From Octopus bimaculoides (lineage: Eukaryota), in contig NC_068990.1 of NCBI RefSeq assembly GCF_001194135.2, forward strand, positions 61,881,217 to 61,944,752: a stretch of 63,536 bases of DNA. Reading direction: 5' to 3'. The position numbers were made by a program, and so were the translations under genes. The stretch's first letter is position 1; each line of letters starts with the position of its first letter. The notes under the pieces were generated by a model that had not been told where the DNA came from, made no database searches, and saw only the letters and a program-made list of their open reading frames with translations. Positions 13,251-26,259 of this stretch are shown here, piece after piece.

Positions 13251-14200
13251 TTTAATAGTAATAATAATGATGATGATGATGATGATGAAAATAATAAGTA
13301 CTAAAAAATGTGGGCAATGAAAAAGTAACTGTCTCCCTAGTAGTTGTTGAGGTACTGCAATCATTAACAACCAGATTTGAGAAATTTTAATGGAGAAATT
13401 GGAGGAGAGATGAAAAGCATGATAATACAAAAGTATAAATCTATACTCATTCTTTAATGGACATACAATAAAATAGCCAAGAGCAGAAAAATACCACACT
13501 GGACAACATGTGATATCACGTTGCTACATATAAGATATCAAGGTATCACAATAGAATGTATGAAACTTAATGGTACCAAAGAGTTTATGATATGACACGA
13601 AGGTACACACTGAAATGTGCGAAATATGTGATACCACAATTTAATATATATGACATGAAAGCACAGTGGGAATATATATGAGACATGAAGATATCATGAA
13701 GATATCATGAAATATAGAAGCTATGATGGTGTCACACTGAATTTACATTGGCAGTAATGACAAAAATGGTGAAGAGGCAGTACAAGTTGATGGAAGGTAA
13801 GATATTCAAAGTTCTTTGCAAGTTCTTTACAATATGTAAAAAACATCAAGGTACCAGATTGAAATACACAAGGCATGTGAGGTATGATATTTATATATAT
13901 ANNNNNNNNNNNNNNNNNNNNNNNNNNNNNNNNNNNNNNNNNNNNNNNNNNNNNNNNNNNNNNNNNNNNNNNNNNNNNNATATATATATATATATATATA
14001 TAAGATCCCAGGATCAAGGCGTAGGAAGAAAGTTAGCTTCAAGCAATCTGTAGTAAATATAAAAAAACAACTTTCATGGACAATATTGGTTTACTGAGAT
14101 GGAAGGTCGTGGATGTTTTTGTATTGAAGTACAATAAACTTCTTATAAATTACATGGTAGGTAACCAGGGTTGCCTGGTATGTGAATAAGACTACAAGAG

Positions 14201-14463
14201 TTAAGAAATGGAGTAGATAAGATCTGGGCTACATATGTTTCACTTCCGAGAGGAACCTCAGAAGTGATAAATATTCAAGTGAGGTGTATACTGCAGGCTA
14301 CTTGTTAGGCCAAGGGTATCTTGAGTGAATGAAAGTTTACATTGTCGCAAGTAGGTACATGTTAACATATGTACCGAACACCTTGCTCGGATATTTACCA
14401 CTTCCAAGGTTTCGCTCACTCTGAAACATATGTAGCCTGGATCTTATCTACTCCATTCCTTAA
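14201..14463. mobile_element. MITE of 255 bp, ~38-bp TIRs, TTAA on both sides
   Basis: TTAA-GAAATGGAGTAGATAAGATCTGGGCTACATATGTTTCA ... TGAAACATATGTAGCCTGGATCTTATCTACTCCATTCC-TTAA. Confidence 0.8.
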
Positions 14464-14482
14464 TGTTTGTATTTATTTATTC

Positions 14483-14513
<31 letters not shown>

Positions 14514-15621
14514 TCTTTTTAGCAGCAAGGAATAGGAAGTGAATATCTAAATTATCTCTGTTTAATAAATAAAGAAAATAACAAGTTTCTTTTTCTTTCT
14601 TTTTTTTTTTTTCTATTGAAAATGTTGTTGATGCCGATATTGTAGCAGGCTATAAATACAAATGGCAAACAAACTAAGTCAAAAAGGAGCAAAGATTAAG
14701 ATAACATTCTTAAAGACACAATGGTTTCACTTTGATCATAAATAAATAAATAATCTCTTGAAATGCTATAACATATCTCAATCATTGTGTTGCAACAATG
14801 ATGTTTAAAGTAACAATAATCTGTAACAATATCTTAGCATTCTGGCCTACATTTTGCCAGTTTTCAGAAGAAAATTGCCAGAAAGATTTATAGAAAATAG
14901 TTATTGTATGGATACATTAAATATTACACCAATCTTACAACTCTGTAGAAGTATTCATTGCTGCCTAAAAACTTTTGCTAAAACCTCAATAAATAGATGG
15001 CATATCATGTCAATAATTCTATAAACTAACATGTATATACACATGCACACACATCACACACACTCAAATGTTTTCTCAAAACCACTGACTTTAAAATCAC
15101 TTAAGTTATTGAAGATTTCTTATTTGATGGGAAAGTTTGTTTATTTCCTTTTTCCTTACCCCTCCCCCATCACCACCACCACCACCACATTTCCTACAAA
15201 ACATATTTGAATAGAATTGAAATTTAAAAACTTACAAAAAAAAAAAAAAAAAANNNNNNNNNNNNNNNNNNNNNNNNNNNNNNNNNNNNNNNNNNNNNNN
15301 NNNNNNNNNNNNNNNNNNNNNNNNNNNNNNNNNNNNNNNNNNNNNNNNNNNNNNNNNNNNNNNNNNNNNNNNNNNNNNNNNNNNNNNNNNNNNNNNNNNN
15401 NNNNNNNNNNNNNNNNNNNNNNNNNNNNNNNNNNNNNNNNNNNNNNNNNNNNNNNNNNNNNNNNNNNNNNNNNNNNNNNNNNNNNNNNNNNNNNNNNNNN
15501 NNNNNNNNNNNNNNNNNNNNNNNNNNNNNNNNNNNNNNNNNNNNNNNNNNNNNNNNNNNNNNNNNNNNNNNNNNNNNNNNNNNNNNNNNNNNNNNNNNNN
15601 NNNNNNNNNNNNNNNNNTATA

Positions 15622-15639
<18 letters not shown>

Positions 15640-15653
<14 letters not shown>

Positions 15654-15745
15654 ATAAATACTGGGGCCGATTCAATCAACAAAAGTTTTTCAAGGTGGTA
15701 CCCCAACATAGCCACAGGCTAATGGCTCAAACAAGATAAAAGATA
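15640..15745 (+). mobile_element. SINE family A, 3' end after a gap
   Basis: TACTGGGGCCGATTC...CAAGGTGGTACCCCAACATAGCCACAG. Confidence 0.7.
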
Positions 15746-15781
15746 TATGTACTCGTGTGTGTATATATATATATATAAACT

Positions 15782-16030
15782 CAACTCCGTCAGTCATGAA
15801 TGACCATGGGTGCACCTAAGAGGTTCTCCTCCGGGGTACAAATCTGGGCAGAACGTCACCTCACCGGTGAACACACAACTCAGGGTCGTTTTTATGGAAG
15901 ATCAGCAGTTGCCCATGCATACCAGCCTCCCCTCTCCACACCACTGATGTTATCCAAGTGAAAGGCAAAGGCCGATACAGCTTGGCGCCAGTGATGTCGC
16001 AACTCATTTCTACAGCTGAGTGAACTTGGG
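15782..16030 (-). mobile_element. SINE family C, 5' truncated
   Basis: Homolog of 10100-10435. Confidence 0.8.
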
Positions 16031-17225
16031 ATCATGGTTTCAATTCCTAGACCAGGTGGTTTGCTGTGTTCTTGTACAAAACACTTCATCTCACGATGCT
16101 CTGCAAAGAACTTTGACACCTGATATATGGTACACTGTACACCTGTTCAGGCAACGTCGATTTGATGGAGAGAGTGACCTAATGTGCAGCATATACATTT
16201 GAGCATTATAAATGAATGATTTGTGCAGGTTGTCTGGTGAAAGCTGAACACTCATACGGCAGGAGAATCCATTATATAATTATTAGTGTTCAGCAGAATT
16301 TAGAGAGAGATTCAAGTGCCAATGCATAAAAATTTCAGCCCTTGAGTCACTCTGTAACTTTTGTTGACTATTAATAATAAATATAGATGTTTTTGATCTA
16401 TTTTGGATTCTTTGCCACCAAATTTGAATCCAAACAAGATCAAAAACATCATATTTTGAGACCTATTCTCCTGGTAACATCACCTACCCACCTACCTACA
16501 TATATATACATGTCTNNNNNNNNNNNNNNNNNNNNNNNNNNNNNNNNNNNNNNNNNNNNNNNNNNNNNNNNNNNNNNNNNNNNNNNNNNNNNNNNNNNNN
16601 NNNNNNNNNNNNNNNNNNNNNNNNNNNNNNNNNNNNNNNNNNNNNNNNNNNNNTTGTATGCTTAATTGTAAAAGTCTTCATACCTGTAGGGAGTTATGTT
16701 CTGTGAATATTAGCAAAAATTATTTACAGAATATATTTTACAGTATTCTCTGATTTTTGACTTCTGAAAAGGCAAAAGAATTGTAAGACTGATAGAGGTT
16801 AAAACTCTTTTGTTAATATGAATGACAGGCATTTTTATTTTTATTTTATTGTTTTTAGTTTACTTTTGGCTAATATTTAAAATGTTCACTTCCTGAAGTT
16901 TTATGATGAGCATAATCTAGATCACTGACATATATTATATATACAAGGCTACCAACAAGACAATCGTTTTTCAAGAGCCAATAACACTGCACAGTGAAAT
17001 AAATTAGTTTCAAAGTTATTTTGTTCATCTGAATATATCAGATGTCATACAGTTGGAGGAGACATATAAATATACATACTTTTAAAATCAAACATCTTAG
17101 AGCTAATCAGGGCAGTTAAAAGTCTTCTAGTTTCTCTTGATCTATGAACAAACAAAGAAATTACTGCTACTTGTTTTAGCAGTTCACTACAGAAGGAACA
17201 ATGACAAATGGTTTCTTTATTACAG

Positions 17226-17265
<40 letters not shown>

Positions 17266-17730
17266 CAGAAGCTGATTAAATAAATAAAAACTAAAATTAC
17301 TTACGGAGAAAATATGGAGATGAATAAAGAATTGGAACGTTTAGTTATGATTAATTAAGGCATCATCTGTATTTTTAATGTTCATCTTGAATAGGTCAAC
17401 AGAAGGATATTCCTGATATGCACGTCTCATAAAGGGTTTATATTGTGGACAAATGTCAATCACAATGACAATATCCATTTATCTGGCAAAATATCATGTA
17501 AATAAAAGCCCCCGATAATAGCAATATATTGCTCTTATTTATTTATTTATTTATTGTACACAACATCTTACTTCCAAGCAAGGTGATGGATATCACTTAT
17601 GATGTGCAATGGATTAATACAGATGAATACTAAGACTGAGATGGAAGTATATTTCCATCCTATGTAGGTACACACTGGACAGGTCATGGCCAGTAAAAGC
17701 CTTTGGTATTTCTTGGTTGGCAACATTTCT

Positions 17731-17773
<43 letters not shown>

Positions 17774-17776
<3 letters not shown>

Positions 17777-18021
17777 GAAATGGAAAAACTTTCAAAATAC
17801 AAAGACCTGGAAATAGAGGTAACTCGAATGTGGAATCTAAAAACAGAAACAATTCCTATCATAGTAGGTGCCTTAGGTATAATAAAAAAATATTCAGACA
17901 AATACATAACAAAAACACCTGGACTTACAAATATATATAAAATACAGAAAATTGCACTACTGGGCACTGCACACATCCTACGCAAAACACTTTCAATACA
18001 GTAACCATAAGAGCATCACAG
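17774..18021 (+). mobile_element. 5'-truncated R4/Dong-like non-LTR retrotransposon, restriction-like endonuclease C-terminus
   Basis: KEMEKLSKYKDLEIEVTRMWNLKTETIPIIVGALG...IQKIALLGTAHILRKTLSIQ* (stop 18002-18004). Starts directly after (AAT)n; the 3' end runs into a gap. Confidence 0.85.
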
Positions 18022-18847
18022 NNNNNNNNNNNNNNNNNNNNNNNNNNNNNNNNNNNNNNNNNNNNNNNNNNNNNNNNNNNNNNNNNNNNNNNNNNNNNNN
18101 NNNNNNNNNNNNNNNNNNNNNNNNNNNNNNNNNNNNNNNNNNNNNNNNNNNNNNNNNNNNNNNNNNNNNNNNNNNNNNNNNNNNNNNNNNNNNNNNNNNN
18201 NNNNNNNNNNNNNNNNNNNNNNNNNNNNNNNNNNNNNNNNNNNNNNNNNNNNNNNNNNNNNNNNNNNNNNNNNNNNNNNNNNNNNNNNNNNNNNNNNNNN
18301 NNNNNNNNNNNNNNNNNNNNNNNNNNNNNNNNNNNNNNNNNNNNNNNNNNNNNNNNNNNNNNNNNNNNNNNNNNNNNNNNNNNNNNNNNNNNNNNNNNNN
18401 NNNNNNNNNNNNNNNNNNNNNNNNNNNNNNNNNNNNNNNNNNNNNNNNNNNNNNNNNNNNNNNNNNNNNNNNNNNNNNNNNNNNNNNNNNNNNNNNNNNN
18501 NNNNNNNNNNNNNNNNNNNNNNNNNNNNNNNNNNNNNNNNNNNNNNNNNNNNNNNNNNNNNNNNNNNNNNNNNNNNNNNNNNNNNNNNNNNNNNNNNNNN
18601 NNNNNNNNNNNNNNNNNNNNNNNNNNNNNNNTTGAACTCAGAGCATTGCAGCAGATGGAATACCACTAAGCATTTCGCCCAGCATGCTAATGATTCTGCC
18701 AGCTCATAATTATCTGAGTGAATCTCATTATTTATATCACACTGTAAACAAAAAAAAAAAAAATGATATTCATTCAAATAAGTATATTATTATCGTCATT
18801 ATTATTATTATTATAGTAAAGAATCTCATTTTCTATATCACAAAGTT

Positions 18848-19615
18848 TAAGGTGGCAAGTTGGAAGAATTGTTAGCACACTGGAGGGAATGCTTCATGGT
18901 ATTTCACCTATTGCTATGCTCTGAGTTCAAATTCTGCCAAGCTCAACTTTACCTTTCATCCTTTAAGGGTCGATAAAATAAGTACTAGCTGAATACTGGT
19001 GTCGGTGTAAATGACTCCTCTCCTCCCCCAAAACTACTGCCCTTGTGGCAAAATTTGAAACCGTCATCATCATCATCATCATTATCATTATTATTATTAT
19101 AGTAAGGAATCTCATTTTCTGTATCACAAAGTTTAAGGGAGCAAGCTGGCAGAATTGTTAGTAGGCTGGGTAAAATGCTTAGCAGTATTTTGTCAGTCTT
19201 TACTTCGTGAGTTCAAATGCTGTTGGGGTTGACATTGCCTTTCATCCTTCTGGGGTTCATAAAATAAGTACCAGCTGAGTAGTCCGACAATGTAATTGAC
19301 TTAACCCCCTTCCTCGAGATTTCAGGCCTATAGTAGAAATGATTATTATTATTATTATTATTATTATTATAGTAAGGAATCTCATTATTTATATAACAAA
19401 GTTTAAGGCAGTGAGCTGGCAGAATCATTAGCATGCTGGGAAAAATACTTAGTAGCGTTTCATGTCTCTACGTTCTGAGTTCAAATTCCACCAAAGTCAT
19501 CTTGCTTTTCATCTTTGTAGGGTCACTAAAATAAGTACCAGTTAAGCACTGGTGTTGATGTAACTGACTAGCCCCATCCTCCAGAATTTCAAGTGTTGTG
19601 CCTATAGCAGCAAAG
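18848..19615 (+). mobile_element. Three head-to-tail SINE family B copies
   Basis: 18848-19063, 19133-19340 and 19403-19615, separated by near-identical spacers. Confidence 0.85.
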
Positions 19616-19837
19616 ATTTTTTATATCACAAAGTAAATGTACTGCTGCTCTTTTGTTTGTATCTGTAAACATTTTTATCTCTAATGATGAGATTAAAAGC
19701 CACTAAAGTTATCATCTTATTAGCAAGAATTAAGTTTTCCTTTCCTAAGGATCCAGATTACACATATGATAACCAATGGAAAGTAGTCATCATTAGAAGT
19801 CGAATCAAACAGAAAACTGAATAGCTTGGATAATTAA

Positions 19838-19840
19838 ATG

Positions 19841-19878
<38 letters not shown>
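19838..19878. repeat. Poly-A tract (~40 nt)
   Basis: Direct inspection. Confidence 0.95.
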
Positions 19879-19880
<2 letters not shown>

Positions 19881-20334
19881 AAAGAAAATATAATTTTCAA
19901 AAATCAACAGGTTGACAATATCTTTAAACTTCATTGCAGCTCTGTGCTGAAAAGTAGTGGAATTAATAGAGTAACGATAATAGTAAATCAGCGAGGTTAA
20001 TTACACAGAGGGACCATCTACATGAAAAACAATTTATTTTCATGTAGTGAGCAATATTAACATGTAATATTTAATGCATTTAATTAATAATGCAATATTT
20101 AATTAGTGATTATTAAAATTCTAATAACAAATAATTATGTGTTGAGGGGAAAAAGCCTCATCAGTTCAATCTCTCATATATCATTTTTAATCATTTCATG
20201 ATAAGCTAACTTAACTAATTGTTTTTCAGGCAGATGACATCTCTGAGAGGTGATATTAGAAATCATTACAATTCTAAACATGCTGTTTTTTACACCTGGT
20301 CATGTATAATATTAGACAACTAAGTGAGCTTTTA

Positions 20335-20720
20335 TCCTTTACTTGTTAGTCATTAGACTATGGCCATGCTGGAGTACAGCCTTGAAGAAGTTTTAGTTGA
20401 ATGAATCGACTGCAGAACTTTTTTTTTTAAAGCCTGGTACTTATTCTACCAGTCTCTTTTGCTAAACTGCTAAGTTACAGGGATGTAAACCCACCAACAC
20501 CAGTTGTCAAGTGGTGATGGGGAACATACACAAGCAAACACACACACGTATATATACATATATACACACACACACACACATATATATANNNNNNNNNNAC
20601 CAAATCCACTCACAAGGCTTTGACGACAGTAGAAAACACTTGCCCAAGGTGCCAACCAGTGGGACTGAACCTGGAACTATGTGGTTGGGAAGCAAACTTC
20701 TTACCACACAGCCATGCCAG
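20335..20720 (-). mobile_element. SINE family A
   Basis: Full-length homolog with a 10-N gap in its microsatellite. Confidence 0.85.
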
Positions 20721-21650
20721 CACTATAATGTATTTTGAATTACAATAATAAATTCATGTTTTGTTGAAAAGGTCTAATAAATCTGAAATATGTCTAGAGT
20801 GGTCTTCCTTTTTTAACAATGATTAAAATAATATTAAGCATTAAGTTAATGTTAAACTATCTTTGCTACATAATTATTTCTAATAAGATCATTGACAATC
20901 ACGACATTAAATATGTTAACACTAATTTAACTAATGATAATGATAGCTTGGATTAAAACTGGAAAAGAAATTAGAAATTCCACCTAATCATTAGTACGTG
21001 AACCATATCATTAAATAATATATATATCATAATAAATATGTATATAAATATACATATATCACTAGCAATAAACATTTAATGAATGAGCACAGAAATTATC
21101 TCTAGCTAAGGATCAGCTTAAAAAAAAAAACAATAATGTTCTTTCCTTTGGAACAGCCTAAACTACTGACTATTTTAAGAAATCATACACTATAAAGTCA
21201 CAAAATAACATTTTTAAGTAAATTAAAAGATGCCATTATTTAACATAAAAATGATTAAGAGTATAGAGCCATTAGTGTTTATATAATTCGGTAAGTTTAG
21301 TGCTTCACAGTTCTATATTTAAGCTTTAGGTGTGGTCATATTTGTCTTTCTTTTCTCAGGAAGAGAAATGTTATCAACCAGTAATATGTTGAAGTAGCCT
21401 CAATCAACGACACAAAATTACTTTGCACATAATTTAATAGGATTAAATATAAGTGCAGGCGTGGCTGTGTGGTAAGAAGCTTGCTTCGCAACCACATAAT
21501 TCTGGGTTCAGTTCCACTGTGTGGCACTTTGGGCAACTGTCTTCTACTATATCCTCAGGCCAACCAAAGCTTTGTGAGTGGATTTGTTAGATGGAAACTG
21601 AAAGCAGCCCATCATATATACATACACACACACACATATATATATATGCT

Positions 21651-21854
21651 ACGAGGTCTTTTCTCCCTCCAGTTTGGAGAGAGGTTACAGAACACTAGAC
21701 ATTAGGGTCCGAAGAAAAACTGAAAAGCTAAGCACTTTATGGATGTGAAACCCAAGGTGACCCCATAGACCAGTCATAATTATCTTTATCTAATTATTCG
21801 ACTGCTCTGTAACTTAGAGTCTGCTTCGCTTTTGGATTTATGATTTACTGATGA

Positions 21855-21855
<1 letters not shown>
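21651..21855 (+). mobile_element. Second copy of the hammerhead-bearing insert, also within a SINE microsatellite
   Basis: Homologous to 50290-50445; interrupts SINE family A copy 21453-22055. Confidence 0.65.
21705..21763 (+). ncRNA. Decayed paralog of the 50347 hammerhead
   Basis: GGGT CCGAAGA ... TAAGCACTTTATGGATGT GAAA CC CAA GG TG ACCC. Same architecture, but core U4>C and triplet GUG, so probably inactive. Confidence 0.6.
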
Positions 21856-21885
<30 letters not shown>

Positions 21886-22119
21886 TTGTGGGTGTGTTAG
21901 TCCCTGTAACTTAGTGGTTCAGCAAAAGAGACCAATAAAATAATTATCAGACTTTAAAAAGAAATAAGTCCTTGGGCTGATTTATTTGACTAAGAATTCT
22001 TCAAGGCAGTGCCCCAGTATGACCGTGGGCTAATGACTGCAACAAGTAAAAGATATGAAAATAAGAAGTGTCTATTTTATCTCAATTTCTGCTACTTATT
22101 CAATATTTAGAATCTAGGG

Positions 22120-22600
22120 AACGACATAGTTACCTTGCACTGGCAATGACTATTTGGCTGGCTGGCTGGCTTCAAGTTGATCAACCCCTTTCTTCCTCTG
22201 ACACTAAAACTATCTTTTCGATTTAAAGACTGCTCTGATATGGTTAGGAGAAAATTACCAAGAAAATGTCAATGAGTGTAGATTAGTAACACCTTACAGG
22301 CGAAGCAGTGAAGAGCTAGCTACTAAGTTGTAGCTAGGACAGAAGGAACACGCAGTAGAAAATGAATGGGAAGATTTGTACCAGTCACTCCATTCTCCTA
22401 TGTGAACGAAGGTCAGGAAAAAAATAGTCAGTGAGTGATAGGGTGTGTATGGTTAGGTAAGGTACCAGGCCATCAAGGATACCAATTAATTAAAGCTAAT
22501 CAGAGACATTAGTAAGAGAGAGAGAGAGTACTCCAATAGCAATGGGGTCAGAGGTGGTTAGAGGGATAGCAGCAATACTTACTTCCAGTTCAGACAACAG
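22120..22600 (-). mobile_element. Decayed CR1/L2-like LINE fragment (endonuclease-to-RT linker)
   Basis: Broken minus-strand translation PLTTSDP, SDWYK, W*FSPNHIRAV, ASAR*LC resembles the PLGxSDH / ADW / WFxPxC / ARNxC motifs; many stops. Confidence 0.4.
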
Positions 22601-22699
22601 CACACATATACACACAGAAAATGACTATGAGTTCATACTTGAGCGTCAAACTATTGCTACAGAATACACACTCAATGGAAGTTCATTTATTTTTTCTAT

Positions 22700-23108
22700 C
22701 TTTTACTTGTCTCAATCATTAGACTACAGCCATGATGGGGCACCACTTTGAAGAATTTTTAGTTGAATGAATCGACACCAGTACTTCTTTTATTTTTATT
22801 TTTTCTGAACCCTGCTACTTATTCTATTGATCTTTTTGCTGAACTGCTAATCACGGGATGTAAACACACCAACATCGGTTGTCAAGCGATGGTGGAGGGG
22901 ACAAACACAGACACAAAGCAACATATATACACACAAACATGTATATATGATGAGCTTCTTTCAGTTTCTGTCTACCATACCCACTCTCAAGGCTTTGGTC
23001 AGCCTGAGGCTATAGTGGAAGACACTTGTCCAAAGTTTCACGCAGTGGGACTGAGCGTGGAACCATGTGGTTGGGAAGCAAGCTACTTATTACATAGCCA
23101 TGCTTATG
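22700..23108 (-). mobile_element. SINE family A
   Basis: Full-length homolog. Confidence 0.85.
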
Positions 23109-23289
23109 CCTCCATATAAATAAATTTTTAATATTATGTTAGTTGTTAAAATTTACAAATCTTTAGTTTTCTGATAATCATATTTTAATAGTTAATTTTT
23201 TGTTAAATATCTGTTATTTTACACAGTCAGTTGTTGCCAGGCTTTAAAAGTTATCCTACCCTGTTTAAAATAAGCTTCAATTTTTTTTT

Positions 23290-23510
23290 TTTTTTTCTTG
23301 TTTCATCATTTTTAACGACATTTCTTTCAACTCTTTATGTTCTGAGTTCAAATTCAACCAAGGTTACCTTCACTTTCCATCGTTTTGCGGCTGATAAGAT
23401 ATGTTCCAGTTAAGCACAGGGAGTGGTGGTGGTGGGGGGGGAAGGTCAGTGTAACTGCCTAACCTTCTCCCACTAAGATTGCTTGCCTTGTGCCAAAATT
23501 CAAAACCATT
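23290..23510 (+). mobile_element. SINE family B, partial
   Basis: B-box and 3' region homology. Confidence 0.7.
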
Positions 23511-25256
23511 ATTTTATTTTAATTCCTAATTTATAAACCTCATCACAAAAGTAGCAACCAAGAATAGCATTTAGCCATAAAATACAGCCTGAAAATGTCT
23601 TGTTCAATTCATCCTGGTATAGGAAAGCAGAGCTGATGATGATGATGGTAATGGATGTTTCTTTGATTGAAAACATAGGTGGAATGAGAGGATCTTACCA
23701 TAAAGCATGGTATAAGAGTTAAGTAGACTAATCCCTCTTACACACACACACACTACTCTGCTGGTAAGAGACTTTGAACTTGTGACCTTTCATCAATAAT
23801 TCAGTTCTATAAGCATTAATCCAGTGTATGAATTAAAAGACATAGAACATTGAAGGGGTAAAAATAAATATGGAAAGGTATTTGACCATCTTTGTTTTTT
23901 TCTCCCCACACCTCTTCTTTACACTCATCTTTCAGTGTACAGGGCTAATGATGATTTTTAGCTTTGACACAATGTCACAAATTTCTAAGGCATTGATTTT
24001 AATGGACAGCTGTTATTTTATTGATCTCACAACTATCAATACATATTTTATTAACTTCAGAGGTTTTGAAAGGTGAAGCCAACCCTAGAATGAAGAGAGA
24101 AAAAAAAAAACTAAAAGCTGTAAATTCCCAAGTCTAGGCATCTACCATTTCAACTACAAGAGAACTGATTAAAAGTTGCAAACGTTTATTGAAGAAAATA
24201 TGCCTGCATTATTTAATTAATGTAATCCAAGCATAAGTCTAAGATCATTGTTTCTTAGTTTCCTCAAGACTTCTTTGAACTATTATTTATGGAATGAATG
24301 AACACCAGAGGAAAGAAATTATATTTTCAGTGTGTGTGCGTGTGTCTTCTAAAGAAAAAAGAAATTCTGAAAATGTTCAACACTCTTTGAATTTAGATTT
24401 CTTTGAGGATTAATAATTCTAGTAAATATTTATTATAATGAATTCTACTTGAGCCAGATCTGGTTCTATGAAGCAGCCAACTCATTTCTTAATTGTGGCC
24501 AATCGTTTGCAGCACACAATTGAACTATTATATCTAGATTTCTTTTGTATTCGGTAAAGATATATCAAGTAGTTTCTTGCTTGAGCAGTTTAAATAAACT
24601 CCATCGAGTGTAAGGGCCACTTGAACTACTGCACAATAAAACATTATCCTGAGGGCAATGATTTCAAAATTATATTTAAAACTTTTTGTTATTGTAACTA
24701 CACTTTGTATAGACTCCATCTATTTTCACTGACGTTTATTTTACATCACTGATGATTTCTCAGCAATACAGAATTCTTCATGATGGGATTTTTCATTCAG
24801 GTTCACCATAAGGTTCAGTACTGAGGTGTTTCCTGACATCGGTCATTAAAATGGATCAGATGTTGAACTTGCACTAACTCATAAGCATTACCTCATGCAC
24901 ATCTATATCATCCAAGTACAAACAAAAACACACAAACAAAAAAATATGATTCACATGGCTATTTATATCAAGTTTTACATTTATTTCTCCATGCTATTAT
25001 GGAGGAGATGGTTCCTTTGAGTAGAATTTACTTTACAGCTGGATGCTAATCATAGTTAAACACTCAACTGTAAAGTAAGAGTTAAACCTGTTTGGTCAGT
25101 TAAGCAAGTTGGAGCAAATAGATTTATGTGCCCCATTCATAAGTGCATCAAACTATATGCAGAGATATTTTAAATTATGACCATGTTATCAATAGTTCCT
25201 ATTCTGTTTAAAACTCCAGTACATTATGTAAGATTGCTCTTTTTGTTGGCGCGCGC

Positions 25257-25295
<39 letters not shown>

Positions 25296-26009
25296 TGTTG
25301 AATATGATTGAGAAATTCCCTTCACAGATCAGGATTTTGGTTAAGTGTTTTCTATTATGAACTTGGGTCAACAAAATCCTTGTAAGTAAATCTGGGTAAT
25401 GTGAAAAAAAAGACTGAATTCATTGACAAATTTACCACCACTGCCTGGTCCTTATTTATCACCATCACCTAGTTCTTTTTTGCTCTGAACAGAGGTCTTC
25501 CACTGTAAACATTTGAGTTAGTGCTCCAGACACACTTTCACTTACTCTCTTACTTTCACTAGTCTTAGAGGCACAGAAAAATCTCAGGAGATGCTTCTCC
25601 TCCACTTGTGACTAAGCCGCATCCCACCCCAAGTAAATAAATAAATAAATAAATAAAAAGAACAGGTGAGGCCTAATAGTAAATTAGAAGCAAGCAGGTG
25701 TAGCTAAATAGTTGAGCAAGTGCAGTATACCTTGAGCAAGTGCTATCTACTATAGTATAGTCTCAGGTCAACCCAAGTCTTGTGAGAGAAATTAAATCAA
25801 GAAAAAACTGCATGGAAACCTGTTAGACTCTACCTGCAACTGTAAAACATTCAAGTATTATCTTAGAAGTATAGTGTGCCTGTGGAATACACAGTTACTT
25901 ACACAACAACCCAAAGTGTAAGTTGTCACATTGTTCAGATGAAGGCAATATACACTGAATAAATGAACAGTATTCAGCTACTATATATATAAATATATAT
26001 ATATATATA

Positions 26010-26222
26010 CCGCCTGACTGGCCTTCGTGCCGGTGGCACGTAAAAGCACCCACTACACTCTCGGAGTGGTTGGCGTTAGGAAGGGCATCCAGCTGTAGAA
26101 ACACTGCCAAATCAGATTGGAGCCTGGTGTAACCATCTGGTTCACCAGTCCCAATAAATAAATCGTCCAACCCATGCTAGCATGGAAAGCGGACGTTAAA
26201 CGATGATGATGATGATGATGAT
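26010..26222 (+). mobile_element. SINE family D with RTE-type (GAT)n tail, young copy
   Basis: TTGGCGTTAGGAAGGGCATCCAGCTGTAGAAAC...GCGGACGTTAAAC(GAT)n with CpGs intact. Confidence 0.8.
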
Positions 26223-26259
26223 ATATATATATATACATGTGTATGTATGTGTGAGAAAC

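Larger units (their letters stand above)
21453..22055 (+). mobile_element. SINE family A with nested insert
   Basis: Head at 21455; insert 21651-21855. Confidence 0.85.

Noticed and set aside
17305-17482. Acceptor/donor-bounded minus segment containing the 45-aa ORF MDIVIVIDICPQYK...
   Set aside because: No frame is open across the segment and the peptide is unrecognised; within chance expectation.
18811-19615. Repeat-spacer pattern resembling a CRISPR array
   Set aside because: Eukaryotic context; the intervening ~210-bp units are homologous SINEs, and there are no cas genes.
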